Position numbers and translations under genes: made by a program. The notes under the pieces were generated by a model. That model was not told the DNA's origin. It ran no database searches and worked only from the letters and a program-made list of their open reading frames with translations. Below, piece by piece: positions 13,138 through 26,074 of a stretch of DNA of 64,000 nucleotides; within the stretch, counting starts at the first letter, position 1, and every line of letters starts with the position of its first letter. The stretch lies in NCBI GenBank assembly GCA_964016885.1, contig OZ024742.1:14260001-14324000 (forward strand), written 5' to 3'. The stretch comes from Eledone cirrhosa (taxonomy: Eukaryota).

Positions 13138-16100
13138 AGTACTGGTGCCACAATAAAATATACCCAGTCCCCTCTGTTGTGTGGTAGTACTGGTGCCACA
13201 ATAAAATATACCCAGTCCCCTCTGTTGTGTGGTAGTACTGGTGCCACAATAAAATATACCCAGTCCACTCTGTTGTGTGGTAGTACTGGTGCCACAATAA
13301 AATATACCCAGTCCCCTCTGTTGTGTGGTAGTACTGGTGCCACAATAAAATATACCCAGTCCAGTCTGTTGTGTGGTGGTACTGGTGCCACAATAAAATA
13401 TACCCAGTCCAGACTGTTGTGTGGTAGTACTGGTGCCACAATAAAATATACCCAGTCCAGACTGTTGTGTGGTAGTACTGGTGCCACAATAAAATATACC
13501 CAGTCCAGACTGTTGTGTGGTAGTACTGGTGCCACAATAAAATATACCCAGTCCAGACTGTTGTGTGGTAGTACTGGTACCACAATAAAATGTACCCAGT
13601 CCACTCTGTTGTGTGGTAGTACTGGTACCACAATAAAATGTACCCAGTCCAGACTGTTGTGTGGTAGTACTGGTGCCACAATAAAATATACCCAGTCCAG
13701 ACTGTTGTGTGGTAGTACTGGTGCCACAATAAAATATACCCAGTCCACTCTGTTGTGTGGTAGTACTGGTACCACAATAAAATGTACCCAGTCCACTCTG
13801 TTGTGTGGTAGTACTGGTGCCACAATAAAATGTACCCAGTTCACTCTGTTGTGTGGTAGTACTGGTGCCACAATAAAATATACCCAGTCCACTCTGTTGT
13901 GTGGTAGTACTGGTGTCACAATAAAATGTACCCAGTCCAGTCTGTTGTGTGGTAGTACTGGTGCCACAATAAAATGAACCCAGTTCACTCTGTTGTGTGG
14001 TAGTACTGGTGCCACAATAAAATGTACCCAGTTCACTCTGTTGTGTGGTAGTACTGGTACCACAATAAAATGTACCCAGTCCACTCTGTTGTGTGGTAGT
14101 ACTGGTGCCACAATAAAATGTACCCAGTTCACTCTGTTGTGTGGTAGTACTGGTGCCACAATAAAATGTACCCAGTTCACTCTGTTGTGTGCTAGTACTG
14201 GTGCCACAATAAAATATACCCAGTCCACTCTGTTGTGTGGTAGTACTGGAGCCACAATAAAATGTACCCAGTCCACTCTGTTGTGTGGTAGTACTGGTGC
14301 CACAATAAAATGTACCCAGTCCACTCTGTTGTGTAGTAGTACTGGTGCCACAATAAAATGTACCCAGTCCAGTCTGTTGTGTAGTAGTACTGGTTCCACA
14401 ATAAAATGTACCCAGTCCAGTCTGTTGTGTGGTAGTACTGGTGCCACAATAAAATGTACCCAGTTCACTCTGTTGTGTGGTAGTACTGGTGCCACAATAA
14501 AATATACCCAGTCCACTCTGTTGTGTGGTAGTACTGGTGTCACAATAAAATGTACCCAGTCCAGTCTGTTGTGTGGTAGTACTGGTGCCACAATAAAATG
14601 AACCCAGTTCACTCTGTTGTGTGGTAGTACTGGTGCCACAATAAAATATACCCAGTCCACTCTGTTGTGTGGTAGTACTGGTGCCACAATAAAATATACC
14701 CAGTCCAGTCTGTTGTGTGGTAGTACTGGTGCCACAATAAAATGTACCCAGTTCACTCTGTTGTGTGGTAGTACTGGTACCACAATAAAATGTACCCAGT
14801 TCACTCTGTTGTGTGGTAGTACTGGTGCCACAATAAAATGTACCCAGTCCAGTCTGTTGTGTGGTAGTACTGGTACCACAATAAAATGTACCCAGTCCCC
14901 TCTGTTGTGTGGTAGTACTGGTGCCACAATAAAATGTACCCAGTTCACTCTGTTGTGTGGTAGTACTGGAGCCACAATAAAATGTACCCAGTCCACTCTG
15001 TTGTGTGGTAGTACTGATGCCACAATAAAATGTACCCAGTTCACTCTGTTGTGTGGTAGTACTGGTGCCACAATAAAATGTACCCAGTTCACTCTGTTGT
15101 GTGGTAGTACTGGTGCCACAATAAAATGTACCCAGTTCACTCTGTTGTGTGGTAGTACTGGTGCCACAATAAAATGTACCCAGTCCACTCTGTTGTGTGG
15201 TAGTACTGATGTCACAATAAAATGTACCCAGTCCACTCTGTTGTGTGGTAGTATTGGTGCCACAATAAAATGTACCCAGTCCACTCTGTTGTGTAGTAGT
15301 ACTGGTGCCACAATAAAATGTACCCAGTCCAGTCTGTTGTGTAGTAGTACTGGTTCCACAATAAAATGTACCCAGTCCAGTCTGTTGTGTGGTAGTACTG
15401 GTGCCACAATAAAATGTACCCAGTCCCCTCTGTTGTGTGGTAGTACTGGTGCCACAATAAAATGTACCCAGTCCAGTCTGTTGTGTGGTAGTACTGGTGC
15501 CACAATAAAATGTACCCAGTCCAGTCTGTTGTGTGGTAGTACTGGTGCCACAATAAAATGTACCCAGTCCCCTCTGTTGTGTGGTAGTACTGGTGCCACA
15601 ATAAAATGTACCCAGTCCAGTCTGTTGTGTGGTAGTACTGGTGCCACAATAAAATGTACCCAGTTCACTCTGTTGTGTGGTAGTACTGGTGCCACAATAA
15701 AATGTACCCAGTCCACTCTGTTGTGTGGTAGTACTGATGCCACAATAAAATGTACCCAGTCCACTCTGTTGTGTGGTAGTATTGGTGCCACAATAAAATG
15801 TACCCAGTCCACTCTGTTGTGTAGTAGTACTGGTGCCACAATAAAATGTACCCAGTCCAGTCTGTTGTGTAGTAGTACTGGTTCCACAATAAAATGTACC
15901 CAGTCCAGTCTGTTGTGTGGTAGTACTGGTGCCACAATAAAATGTACCCAGTCCCCTCTGTTGTGTGGTAGTACTGGTGCCACAATAAAATGTACCCAGT
16001 CCAGTCTGTTGTGTGGTAGTACTGGTGCCACAATAAAATGTACCCAGTCCAGTCTGTTGTGTGGTAGTACTGGTGCCACAATAAAATGTACCCAGTCCCC

Positions 16101-16445
16101 TCTGTTGTGTGGTAGTACTGGTGCCACAATAAAATGTACCCAGTCCAGTCTGTTGTGTGGTAGTACTGGTGCCACAATAAAATGTACCCAGTTCACTCTG
16201 TTGTGTGGTAGTACTGGTGCCACAATAAAATATACCCAGTCCAGTCTGTTGTGTGGTAGTACTGGTGCCACAATAAAATGTACCCAGTCCAGTCTGTTGT
16301 GTGGTAGTACTGGTGCCACAATAAAATGTACCCAGTCCAGTCTGTTGTGTGGTAGTACTGGTGCCACAATAAAATGTACCCAGTCCAGTCTGTTGTGTGG
16401 TAGTACTGGTGCCACAATAAAATGTACCCAGTTCACTCTGTGAAA
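13138..16445. repeat. 48-bp satellite (about 69 copies) derived from the RTE 3' UTR / SINE tail motif
   Basis: Unit ggtgccacaataaaatgtacccagtccactctgttgtgtggtagtact runs directly into the tail ...gttaggaagggcatccagctgtagaaa...(TGA)n at 16445-16646. Confidence 0.95.
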
Positions 16446-16701
16446 TGGTATTGCTAGTGCCGCAAAAAATGCACACAGTCCACTCTGCAATGTGGTTGAT
16501 GTTAGGAAGGGCATCCAGCTGTAGAAATCACGGCAAATATGGAAGTTGTGAGCAAGATGTTGTCACCTAACTTGTCTAGCCTCAGAATATGACAACCCAT
16601 CCAACCCAGTCCGGTGTGGTGACTGAGGTAGAAAGAATGATGATGTTCATTTCACATTACTGAAATATTAACATAGCCACATCATTAAATATTAATGTTT
16701 A

Positions 16702-16915
16702 GGGCAGTAGACTGGCAGAATTGGTAGAGCATCAGACAACATGTTTTGTAGCATAGAGTTGTGACCCTTTATGTTCTGAGTTTAATTCCTGCCTAGGTTA
16801 ACTTTGCCTTTCATCTTTATGAGGTTGATAAAATAAAGTACCAGTCGAGCAGTGGGGTCAATTTAATTGACTTTCCCCTCCCAATATTGTTGGCCTTGTG
16901 CCTAAATCAGAAACG
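16702..16915 (+). mobile_element. tRNA-derived SINE, second family (degraded copies at about 7080-7290 +, 8070-8210 +, 24520-24735 -, 37000-37225 +)
   Basis: tggcagaattgg A box, gagtttaattcc B-box-like motif, shared aactttgcctttcatc...gataaaataaagtaccagt body. Confidence 0.7.
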
Positions 16916-16924
16916 ATTATCAAA

Positions 16925-19745
16925 TATTATTATAGCATTTGATCCCATTAAATATTTTCATGGCATTTGACCACATCAATAAATATTTTCATGGTGTTTG
17001 ATCGCACCATTAAATATTTTCATTGCCTTTGATCATGTTAAATATTTTCATGACATTTGATCACATCATCATCATCATCACCGTTTTACGTCCGTTCTTC
17101 CACACTAGCATGGGTTAGACAGGTTGTCCTGTTGTGGGCAGTGTCCAGTTGGCTGACCTTGTTTTGCTCATACGGGAACTGATTGTGGCTTGATTTCTAC
17201 AGCTGGATGTCCTTCCTAACGCCAACCTTATTTACAGTGAGTGCTGGGTGCTTTTTTTCTGTGGCACCTACATGTCCACTGTACAGTGTGTGCTGGGTGC
17301 TTTTTTGCTGTGGCACCTCCACGACCACTTTGCAGTGGGAGGGGGTGGGGTAATATTGTCTATATGCTTCAGCTTCGGCTTGTACCCATGGGGGGTCGGG
17401 TCTTCTGTATTACTGCGTGACGCCAGCGGTCACGGTCGTGTGTCATCGCCTTTGAGAGGTGTAATTGGGTATGGTCGGCTTTTATCACCTCATCCCAGGT
17501 CTTCTTGGGTCTCCCCACTCTGTGGTTTCCATCGATTTCTACTGCTCTGCACCTTTTTATGCAGCTGTCATCCTTCATACGCATCACATGTCCATATCAA
17601 TGCAACCTCCTCTCCTGCGCACAGCATTTGATTCCTCTTATGCTCAGTCTCTCTCTCAATTCATTTATGCTTTGCTGTTTGCATATATTACTATTACACA
17701 TCCATCGGAGCATGCAAGCTTTGTTTCTTTCTAATCTATGCAAGTCTTCCACAGGCAGCACCCATGTCTCACTACCATGCAAAATCGCTGTTCGTATACA
17801 CTCATTATACAGTCTGCCTTTCATTTTGAGGGAAAAGCCTTTTGCATCTAGCAGTGGCAGTGGCTCCCTGAACTTCTTCCTTCCCGTTCTTACCCTAGTT
17901 ATTGTACTTTCCGAACACCCACCTCCGCTGCTAATTCGGTCACCTAGGTAGCAGAAGCTGTCTACTGTTTCTACAAAGCCCTCCCAGAGTTTGGTGGTAC
18001 TTGTTTCTTGTGGCTGTTTGCTGCTTGCTGTCCCAGCACAGCTGCTACATGTGAAGCCTACATTCTTAGTTAAGCTTCCTGAGATCCCGCTACATCTCTT
18101 GTGTACCCATTGTTTGCATTTGGGGCAGAGAATGGAGTTCCTACCTACACCTTTCCTACATACTGAGCAAGGCTATTTCCCTGAGGGGATCTGGGTTCTG
18201 TTTTCTCGTCTACTTACAAGGACCTTAGTCTTTGTCAGGTTTACTTTGAGACCCTTTCTTTCTAGTCCATGCTTCCAAGTTTGGAATTTCTTCTCTAGTT
18301 CTACCATAGATTCAGCTATAAGTATGAGGTCATCTGCATACAGGAGTTCCCATGGGCATCCGGTCTTAATCTCCTCCGTTATTGCCTGCAGGACTATGAT
18401 GAACAGGAGAGGGCTAAGAACAGAGCTCTGGTGGACACTGACCTGTACGTTAAATTCCTCGCTATACTCATTGCTAATCCTAACTTTGCTGACTGCTCCC
18501 CTATACATGGCTTGTACAGCTTTCACAAGCCATTCATCTACTCCTAGTTTTCTAAGAGCCCACCAGATTATAGTACGGGGAACTCTGTCAAAGGCTTTCT
18601 CGAGATCGACGAATGCCAGGTAGAGTGGCTTACTTTTAGCTAGGTACTTTTCCTGTAACTGCCTCACAAGGAAGAGGGCACCAGTGGTGCTTCTTCCTGG
18701 CACAAATCCAAATTGCATCTCATCTAGTTTCACCCGGTCCCTAATCAACTGTGCTATAACTCTTTCTATTACTTTCATGACTTGGTCCATCAGCTTTATA
18801 CCTCTATAGTTTCTTCTATCTAGTGCATCACCTTTACCTTTGTAGCAGTTGACAATGATGCTACTGCACTAATCCTTTGGTATGACACCTTCTAGCATTA
18901 CCTGGTTAACAATACGTGTGGTTATGGTGTGACCTTCCAACCCAGATGCCCTCAGCATCTCGGCAGCTATACCCGATGGACCGGTTGCCTTCTCCGTCTT
19001 CATATCTTTGATTGCCTTACTTACTATGCTGCTGCTGACTTGTACTGCTGGCCCCTCTATAGGGTCTACTTGGGATAGGGTCGCTTCTTCCCATGCATTC
19101 TCCTCGTTTAGTAACCTATCATAATGGCACTTCCACGCATCTTTCTTCTCAGCACTTGTGAGGGAAAGCTCACCTTTATCATTCCGGATACACTTCTCTC
19201 CAATGACATCACAATTCTCTCTGACACACTGCCTCGCAATCTTGAACACCTCCTGTTTCTGATCCTCACGTTGCAAAACATGCTTGAATTTTCTATCCTC
19301 TGCTTCCCTCCTAGCTAAGCATACTTGTCGCCTAGCTTCCCTCCTGGTCTCTATGTAAAGTACCCTGCCCCACCCCTGGTCTCTATGTAATGTACCCTGC
19401 TTTAAATATTTTCATTGCATTTTATCCCACCATTAAATATTTTCATTACATTTTATGTTACCATTAAATATTTTCATGGCTTTTGATCATATTGTTAAAT
19501 ATTTTCATTGCATTTGATCATGTTGTTAAATATTTTCATGGCATTTAATCACATCATTAAATATTTTCATTGCATTTGATCATATCATTAAATATTTTCA
19601 TGGCATTTGATCATATCATTAAATATTTTCATGGCATTTGATCATATCATTAAATATTTTCATGGCATTTGACCATATCATTAAATATTTTCATGGCATT
19701 TGATCATCTTATTAACTATTTCCATGGCATTTGATCAAATCATTA
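16925..19745. repeat. 31-bp minisatellite (ttaaatattttcatggcatttgatcatatca) split by an RTE insertion
   Basis: Units at 16925-17068 and 19402-19745. Confidence 0.9.
17064..19401 (-). mobile_element. 5'-truncated RTE LINE, subfamily 2, with premature stops
   Basis: RT motifs [12 protein letters not shown] and LYADDL, PHD finger, (CAT)n tail; closely similar to 49975-52645. Confidence 0.95.
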
Positions 19746-19830
19746 CACTAATAATTATTCCTGAAGTAATTTCCTGGAAAACTAATCTCATTGTTTGCCT
19801 TATGATGATGTGCCTGTATATACACACATG

Positions 19831-19870
<40 letters not shown>

Positions 19871-19984
19871 GTATGTGTGTATGCATGTTACATATTTTTC
19901 AACATGAAGTGGTTTGTGTTAAGTTTGCAATCTGTGTTCAATTTGACCAAATATACCTTATGACAGGACAGAAGTAGATTTGTT

Positions 19985-20732
19985 AAAGTGGTGTTGGTGT
20001 TGTTGTCGTTGGTGGTGTTGGTGTTGTTGTCGTTGGTGGTCTTGGTGTTGGTAGTGTTGTTGGTGCTTTTGTCATTGGTGATGTTAGTGTTGTTGTCGTT
20101 AGTGGTGTTGTTATTGGTGCTGTTCTTGTTGGTGGTGTTAGTGTGTTGTTGACGGTGTTGGTCTTGGTGCTGCTGTTGGTGGTGGTGTTGTTGATCTTGG
20201 TGGTGTTAGTGTTGTTGGTGCTGGTGCTGCTATTGGTAGTGTTGTTGATGTTGATGGTGTTAGTGTTAGTGCTGCTGTTGGTGGTGGTGTTAGTGTTGTT
20301 GATGTTGTTGGTGATGTTGGTGTTAGTGTTGTTGTTGTTGTCGGTGATGCTGATGTTGGTGGTGGTGTTAGTGTTGTTGGTGGTGGTGGTGGTGTTGTTG
20401 TTGGTGGTGGTGTTAGTGTTGTTGTTGTTGTCGGTGATGCTGATATTGGTGGTGGTGTTAGTGTTGGTGGTGTTGTTGTTGTTGTTGTTGTCGTCGGTGA
20501 TGCTGATATTGGTGTTAGTGTTGTTGTTGTTGTTGTTGGTGGTGGTGTTAGCGTTGTTGGTGGTGGTGGTGGTGTTAGTGTTGTTGTTGTTGTCGGTGAT
20601 GCTGATGTTGGTGGTGGTGTTGTCGGTGGTGTTGATGTTAGTGTTGTTGTTGTTGGTGGTGGTGTTAGTGTTGTTGTCGGTGATGCTGATGTTGGTGTTA
20701 GTGTTGTTGTTGTTGTCGGTGGTGGTGGTGTT
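19985..20732. repeat. GTT/GGT low-complexity trinucleotide tract
   Basis: Degenerate (GTT)n/(GGT)n. Confidence 0.9.
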
Positions 20733-20995
20733 CATACATCTGTTACAATAATCATAAGAGGAGAAGAGTTCTCGGTTAATAATAACAATGAATCGCATAT
20801 GTATATCTGTGGTGTACTCGGGGTAACTTGTGGCTACCTGTGGTGTACTGGGGGCAACATGTGGCTACCTGTGGTGTACTGGGGGTAACATATATACCTG
20901 TGGTGTACTGGGGGGTTAACATATAAACCTAAACTACAAACCAACCATATTCTGCATGATAAGAAGTTGAACAAAGTGTACAGTAATGTTGTTGT

Positions 20996-21026
<31 letters not shown>

Positions 21027-21055
21027 GTTACTACTACTACTGTTACTACTACTAC

Positions 21056-22176
21056 TACTGGGTTGGACAGAAAGTTCCATTACTTTAAAAAAAAAAAAAA
21101 AAAGTTTTGTGCATTCTTCATTTCCTGTTACACCGTCAAAGGGGAAGCAACATACATCTTTCCAAATGATGGCTTCAAATCTGGTCTAAGTTGAGCAGCA
21201 TTGAATCATTATATTAACAATACCTTAGATCACACACCATGTCTGAAGACAGTGGGACTGGTTCGCTTCCATTCTAGTGATTACAGCCTTGAAGATCAAT
21301 CTTGCACAGGACAGCCATCCAACTTCAGTGACATGAAACTGCATGAGCTGGTGGAAGCCGATCCTCACAAGACATCCCATCTACTCTGGAGTACTTGGGA
21401 CATCGAAAACAACCATCCCCAATCACTTGCATGCAATAGGGACGGTGTTCAAGCTGGACCAATGGGTGTCTCACAATCTGACTGATGTCAGGCGGCAGCT
21501 GCAACTTCTCTGCTCTCCTATCGTCACACAACCAACTGGTTACATCCCATTGTCACTGGTGATGACAAATGGTATCTCTACATTAGTGTCAATCTTAAGT
21601 GGTCATGGGTTGATAAAGAGAGTGCACCACAACGGCTGACCTCCACCCTCCCAAGGCCCTACTGAACACCTGGTGGGACTGGAAAGTTATCATCTACTAT
21701 GAGCTGCTCCCTCCTAACACCAAAAGTTTACAAAAAACTGGACAGATTAGCAGCAAAAATTGCACAGCTGCAGTCACACTGTGATCCTGTCCAATTCTTT
21801 CATGATAACGATCAGCCACATATATATCAAAGATGATCCATGAGAAACTGGTGGAGTTAGGTAGAGAAGTTCTGCCCCACTCGCTGTATTCACCCAACCT
21901 CATGCCTACCAACTATCACTTTTTTCTCTCAATGAGCAATGTAAGCAGTCAAAGACCTTTGGCAATGAAGACCAGTTAAATCTGTGGCTCACAGAATACA
22001 TGAAAGCCAGAAGAATTCTATAGTGAGTGAAGGAATCATGTGCCTTCCTAAACAATGGCAAATGGTAATCACAAATGATGGCGATTATTGGGACTTGGAA
22101 CATTTTACTAATGGCAAAAAGCACCAAAGTTAAAAAAAAATTGAAAAACATCAAGAACTTTCTGTTGAAACTAATA
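21056..22176 (+). mobile_element. Decayed mariner transposon
   Basis: TIRs tactgggttggacagaaagttc / gaactttctgttgaaactaata. Frameshifted remnants IVTGDDKW, IYYELLPP, FHDN and YSPNLMPTNYHFF. Confidence 0.85.
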
Positions 22177-23540
22177 TTGTTACTACTACTGTTAATATTA
22201 CCACTAGTACCACTACCGTTACTACTACCTCTAGTACCACTACCGTTACTACTACTACTGTTAATATTACCACTAGTACCACTACCGTTACTACTACCTC
22301 TAGTACCACTACCGTTACTACTACTACTGTTAATATTACCACTAGTACCACTACCGTTACTACTACTACTGTTAATATTACCACTAGTACCACTACCGTT
22401 ACTACTACTACTGTTAATATTACCACTAGTACCACTACCGTTACTACTACTACTGTTAATATTACCACTAGTACCACTACCGTTACTACTACTACTGTTA
22501 ATATTACCACTAGTACCACTACCGTTACTACTACCTCTAGTACCACTACCGTTACTACTACTACTGTTAATATTACCACTAGTACCACTACCGTTACTAC
22601 TACTACTGTTAATATTACCACTAGTACCACTACCGTTACTACTACTACTGTTAATATTACCACTAGTACCACTACCGTTACTACTACCTCTAGTACCACT
22701 ACCGTTACTACTACTACTGTTAATATTACCACTAGTACCACTACCGTTACTACTACTACTGTTAATACTACCACTAGTACCACTACCATTACTACTACTA
22801 CTGTTAATATTACCACTAGTACCACTACCGTTACTACTACTACTGTTAATACTACCACTAGTACCACTACCATTACTACTACTACTGTTAATATTACCAC
22901 TAGTACCACTACCGTTACTACTACTACTGTTAATATTACCACTAGTACCACTACCGTTACTACTACTACTGTTAATACTACCTCTAGTACCACTACCGTT
23001 ACTACTACTACTGTTAATATTACCACTACTACCACTACCGTTACTACTACTACTGTTAATACTACCACTACTACCACTACCATTACTACTACTACTGTTA
23101 ATACTACCACTAGTACCATTACCGTTACTACTACTACTGTTACTACTACCTCTAGTACCACTACCGTTACTACTACTACTGTTAATATTACCACTACTAC
23201 CACTACCGTTACTACTACCACTGTTAATACTACCACTACTACCACCACCACCACCACTATTACTACTACTACTACAATTAATACAACCACCACCACCACT
23301 ATTACTACTACTATTAATGCTACCACTATTGTTACTACCACTACAACCACCACCACCATTACTACTACTACTGTTAATACTACAACTACCACTACTGTTA
23401 CTATTACTGTTACCACTACCACTAATACCACCACCACCACTATTACTACTACTACTGTTAATACTACCACTACTGTTATTACTACTGCTACCACCACCAC
23501 TACCACCACCACCACCACTACTACTACTACTGTTACTGTT
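22177..23540. repeat. 42-bp minisatellite built on (CTA)n, decaying into low complexity
   Basis: Unit ctgttaatattaccactagtaccactaccgttactactacta. Confidence 0.93.
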
Positions 23541-23673
23541 GCCTCTGTTTGAAACTGTGATCTGTGTTGCTTAGTTTGGTCTGTTATGCCATATTGCTCC
23601 TCTATTAATGTCTCTCTCTCTTCTTCACTCTGCTTACTAACGAACCTTCATCGTGGCTTGCCTGCTTTCCCAG

Positions 23674-23811
23674 CAGAGAACCGGTGTGGACGAAGTCCTA
23701 ATCCCAATAACCCCAGTGAATACTGCTCCACCATTCCACCATTGCAACAAGCCAATACGCATGTTCTGTTGCCTACCGTCATGGTTCCTGTCGGTGTCCT
23801 CAAGAGAGAGG
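23674..23811 (+). CDS. ZFYVE9: SARA exon C: Smad-binding domain
   Basis: TACTAAC branch point at 23635-23641, cag|cag acceptor, G|gtgagt donor. SPNPNNPSEYCSTIPPLQQA...PTVMVPVGVLKR matches the SARA Smad-binding domain. 138 nt, phase 1/1. Confidence 0.93.
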
Positions 23812-25119
23812 GTGAGTTCAAAATGGGCTTGATAATATTATTGTTGTTGTTGGTGTTGTATTGTTGTAGAGGGTGAGTTGAAAATAGGCTTGGTAACATT
23901 ATTGTTGTGGTTGGTGTTGTATTTGATATTGTTGTACAATATTAATGTCTGTGTGTGTTCCTGTCGGTGTCTTCAAAAGAGAGGGTGGGTTTAAAATGGT
24001 GTTGATAATGTTGTTGTTGTGCTTGTTAGTATTGTTGTACAATATTGTGTGTTGGTGTCTTGGTTGTGAAATGTAACAGAGATGGTATAGTGGTTGTCTA
24101 ATGTTGGTGTGTATGAAGGTAGATGTGTAGTGGATGGTGTGATGGTGGTGTGTATGAAGGTAGATATGTAGTGAGGGTGGTGTAATGGTTGTGTAATGTG
24201 TTTATAAAGGTCAATACAGAGAAGAGCTGAGAGATAAACCAAGTATGAGAGGAATTAACTGTAGTTTACTGCTACGGAATTATAATAGTTATAGATGATG
24301 AGAGGTGGATAAAATGGTGGCAAGTGGAAGGAAGCTGTAGAGAGAGGAAGACCATGGAAAACATGGAAAGAATTTGTGGAATTCTTCTCAGAATTGGGAC
24401 CTCATGAAGGAAATGTTTAAAGACTGGATCTAATGGCAAGACATGGAGAAGTCTGGTAGCATGGAATAATAGATGTAAAATGATGACGGTGATGTTGAAT
24501 AAATATAATATTACATAATTAATGCTTTCTGGTTAAGGCAGAGCCAACAGTTTTGAGGGAAGGGAAAGTTGATTAAATCGACCCAGTGCATTACTGGTAC
24601 TTTATTTTATTGACCCCGTCAGGATGAAAGGTAAAGCTAACCTCGGCTGGATTTAAAATCAGAAAGTAAAGGGCCGTAACTCTATGCCGTGAAACATGTC
24701 CCACACTCTATAAATTACTGCCAGTCCACCGCTCTATATTAGGTAATTAATGTAAATGTATTTTTATGCCAAATCTAGACTTCTTCTAATGTCTTTCATT
24801 AGAATTAAGGTAATGAGAAGGGTCAGGGTTAAGGTTAAACTGTAGTTTAGAGTTAGAGTTAAACTGTAGTTTAGGGTTAAGGTTAAATTGTAGTTTAGGG
24901 TTAAACTGTCTTGTATGAAGTAATATATCTGATGAGAATTGGTGCTGCGATATCTTGCTGTAGTTTGTGTTTAGTATGAAAGTGAGTAAACTATTTTAAA
25001 ACTATGTTTAGATATCTCAAACATAAGAAGGATGGTTTGTGTGTGTGTCTTATGTCGAGTCAATGTCTTTCTGAATATTTGTTAATTAAAACACCTGTGA
25101 ATTAGAATGTGTCCATTAG

Positions 25120-25345
25120 CCCTTTATGGAACACACAAGCCCCCCTCGCCACAACAATGCCAGGCACAGGAGTCTGGATGTCATCAAGGAAAATCTCCAG
25201 AGGCTTGATGTCACCTTGAAGGATGCAGAGGAGCTGGCACAGGACCACCAACCATGGAGGGCACTGGTGGACCTGGTCAGCTCTATGCCTGACAATGTCT
25301 CAGGGATCACTGGATCACCCCAGTCTCACCGAGCAAGAAGAAGAA
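25120..25345 (+). mobile_element. RTE-like LINE 3' end relic
   Basis: LDVIKENLQRLDVTLKDAEELAQDHQPWRALV with a (GAA)n tail. Confidence 0.65.
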
Positions 25346-26074
25346 TTAACCCTTTAGTTACCAACCCGGCTAAAACTGGTTCTATGAAATAAAACCACCT
25401 ATTTTAAAGGTTTCCAATTTTAATTTAAATCTTCCAACATAATTTTATATAAGAACCTTACATTAAGTTACTATCTTAGTAATGAAATAATGAATACTTT
25501 TAGTAAATACCTTGAAATTCTTTTTTAAACCAGAATTAGTCATTTAATTTACATATTGAGATCCAACCCATCCTGTTTTATAACATATGGGATTTCTAGT
25601 AATGTACTTTGTTTTGTCATGTGTAATAGTTTTTTAACGTCTAACTAAAATTAACTGTCGCAGGAATGCTACCACTAAAAATAAAATTTCACCAGAGATA
25701 GATTAGCAAAGTTTAATAAGCAGAGTGTGGAGTTGGAATGAAAACAGGCGGAGGAGATCTGAAAAATTAATAAGTGAGGATGGTATCCGATTCTTGGAGA
25801 CCCAAGAGTACACACCCTAATCTAGCATGCTATGTTATCTGTTGTATATTTATGCTTGGTTGGATTTCATCTCTGTTGTTTTTTTTGTCTTTTTTCTGAC
25901 ATTACATTCCAGCTTTTACCATAATTAGCCATTTGTTTTGTTTCTTTTTCTTGTCTTCTGATTGTTGCACGACAGTTTTATTTTCTGTTTCATTTAAAGT
26001 TATAAAATTATATTTTGAATGTTGACTTCTCATTGTCACAGCTGTTTGTTGTTAATAGTATCAGTTCATGTAGG

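Noticed and set aside
13107-16514. ORFs of 1135, 1121 and 608 aa
   Set aside because: Translations of a 48-bp tandem array that is open in several frames on both strands; the unit derives from a retroelement UTR.
19983-23574. Asn/Thr-, Val/Leu- and Leu/Pro-rich ORFs
   Set aside because: Trinucleotide-based low-complexity repeats.
24820-24910. Telomere-like TTAGGG units
   Set aside because: Only two or three scattered units within a degenerate short repeat.
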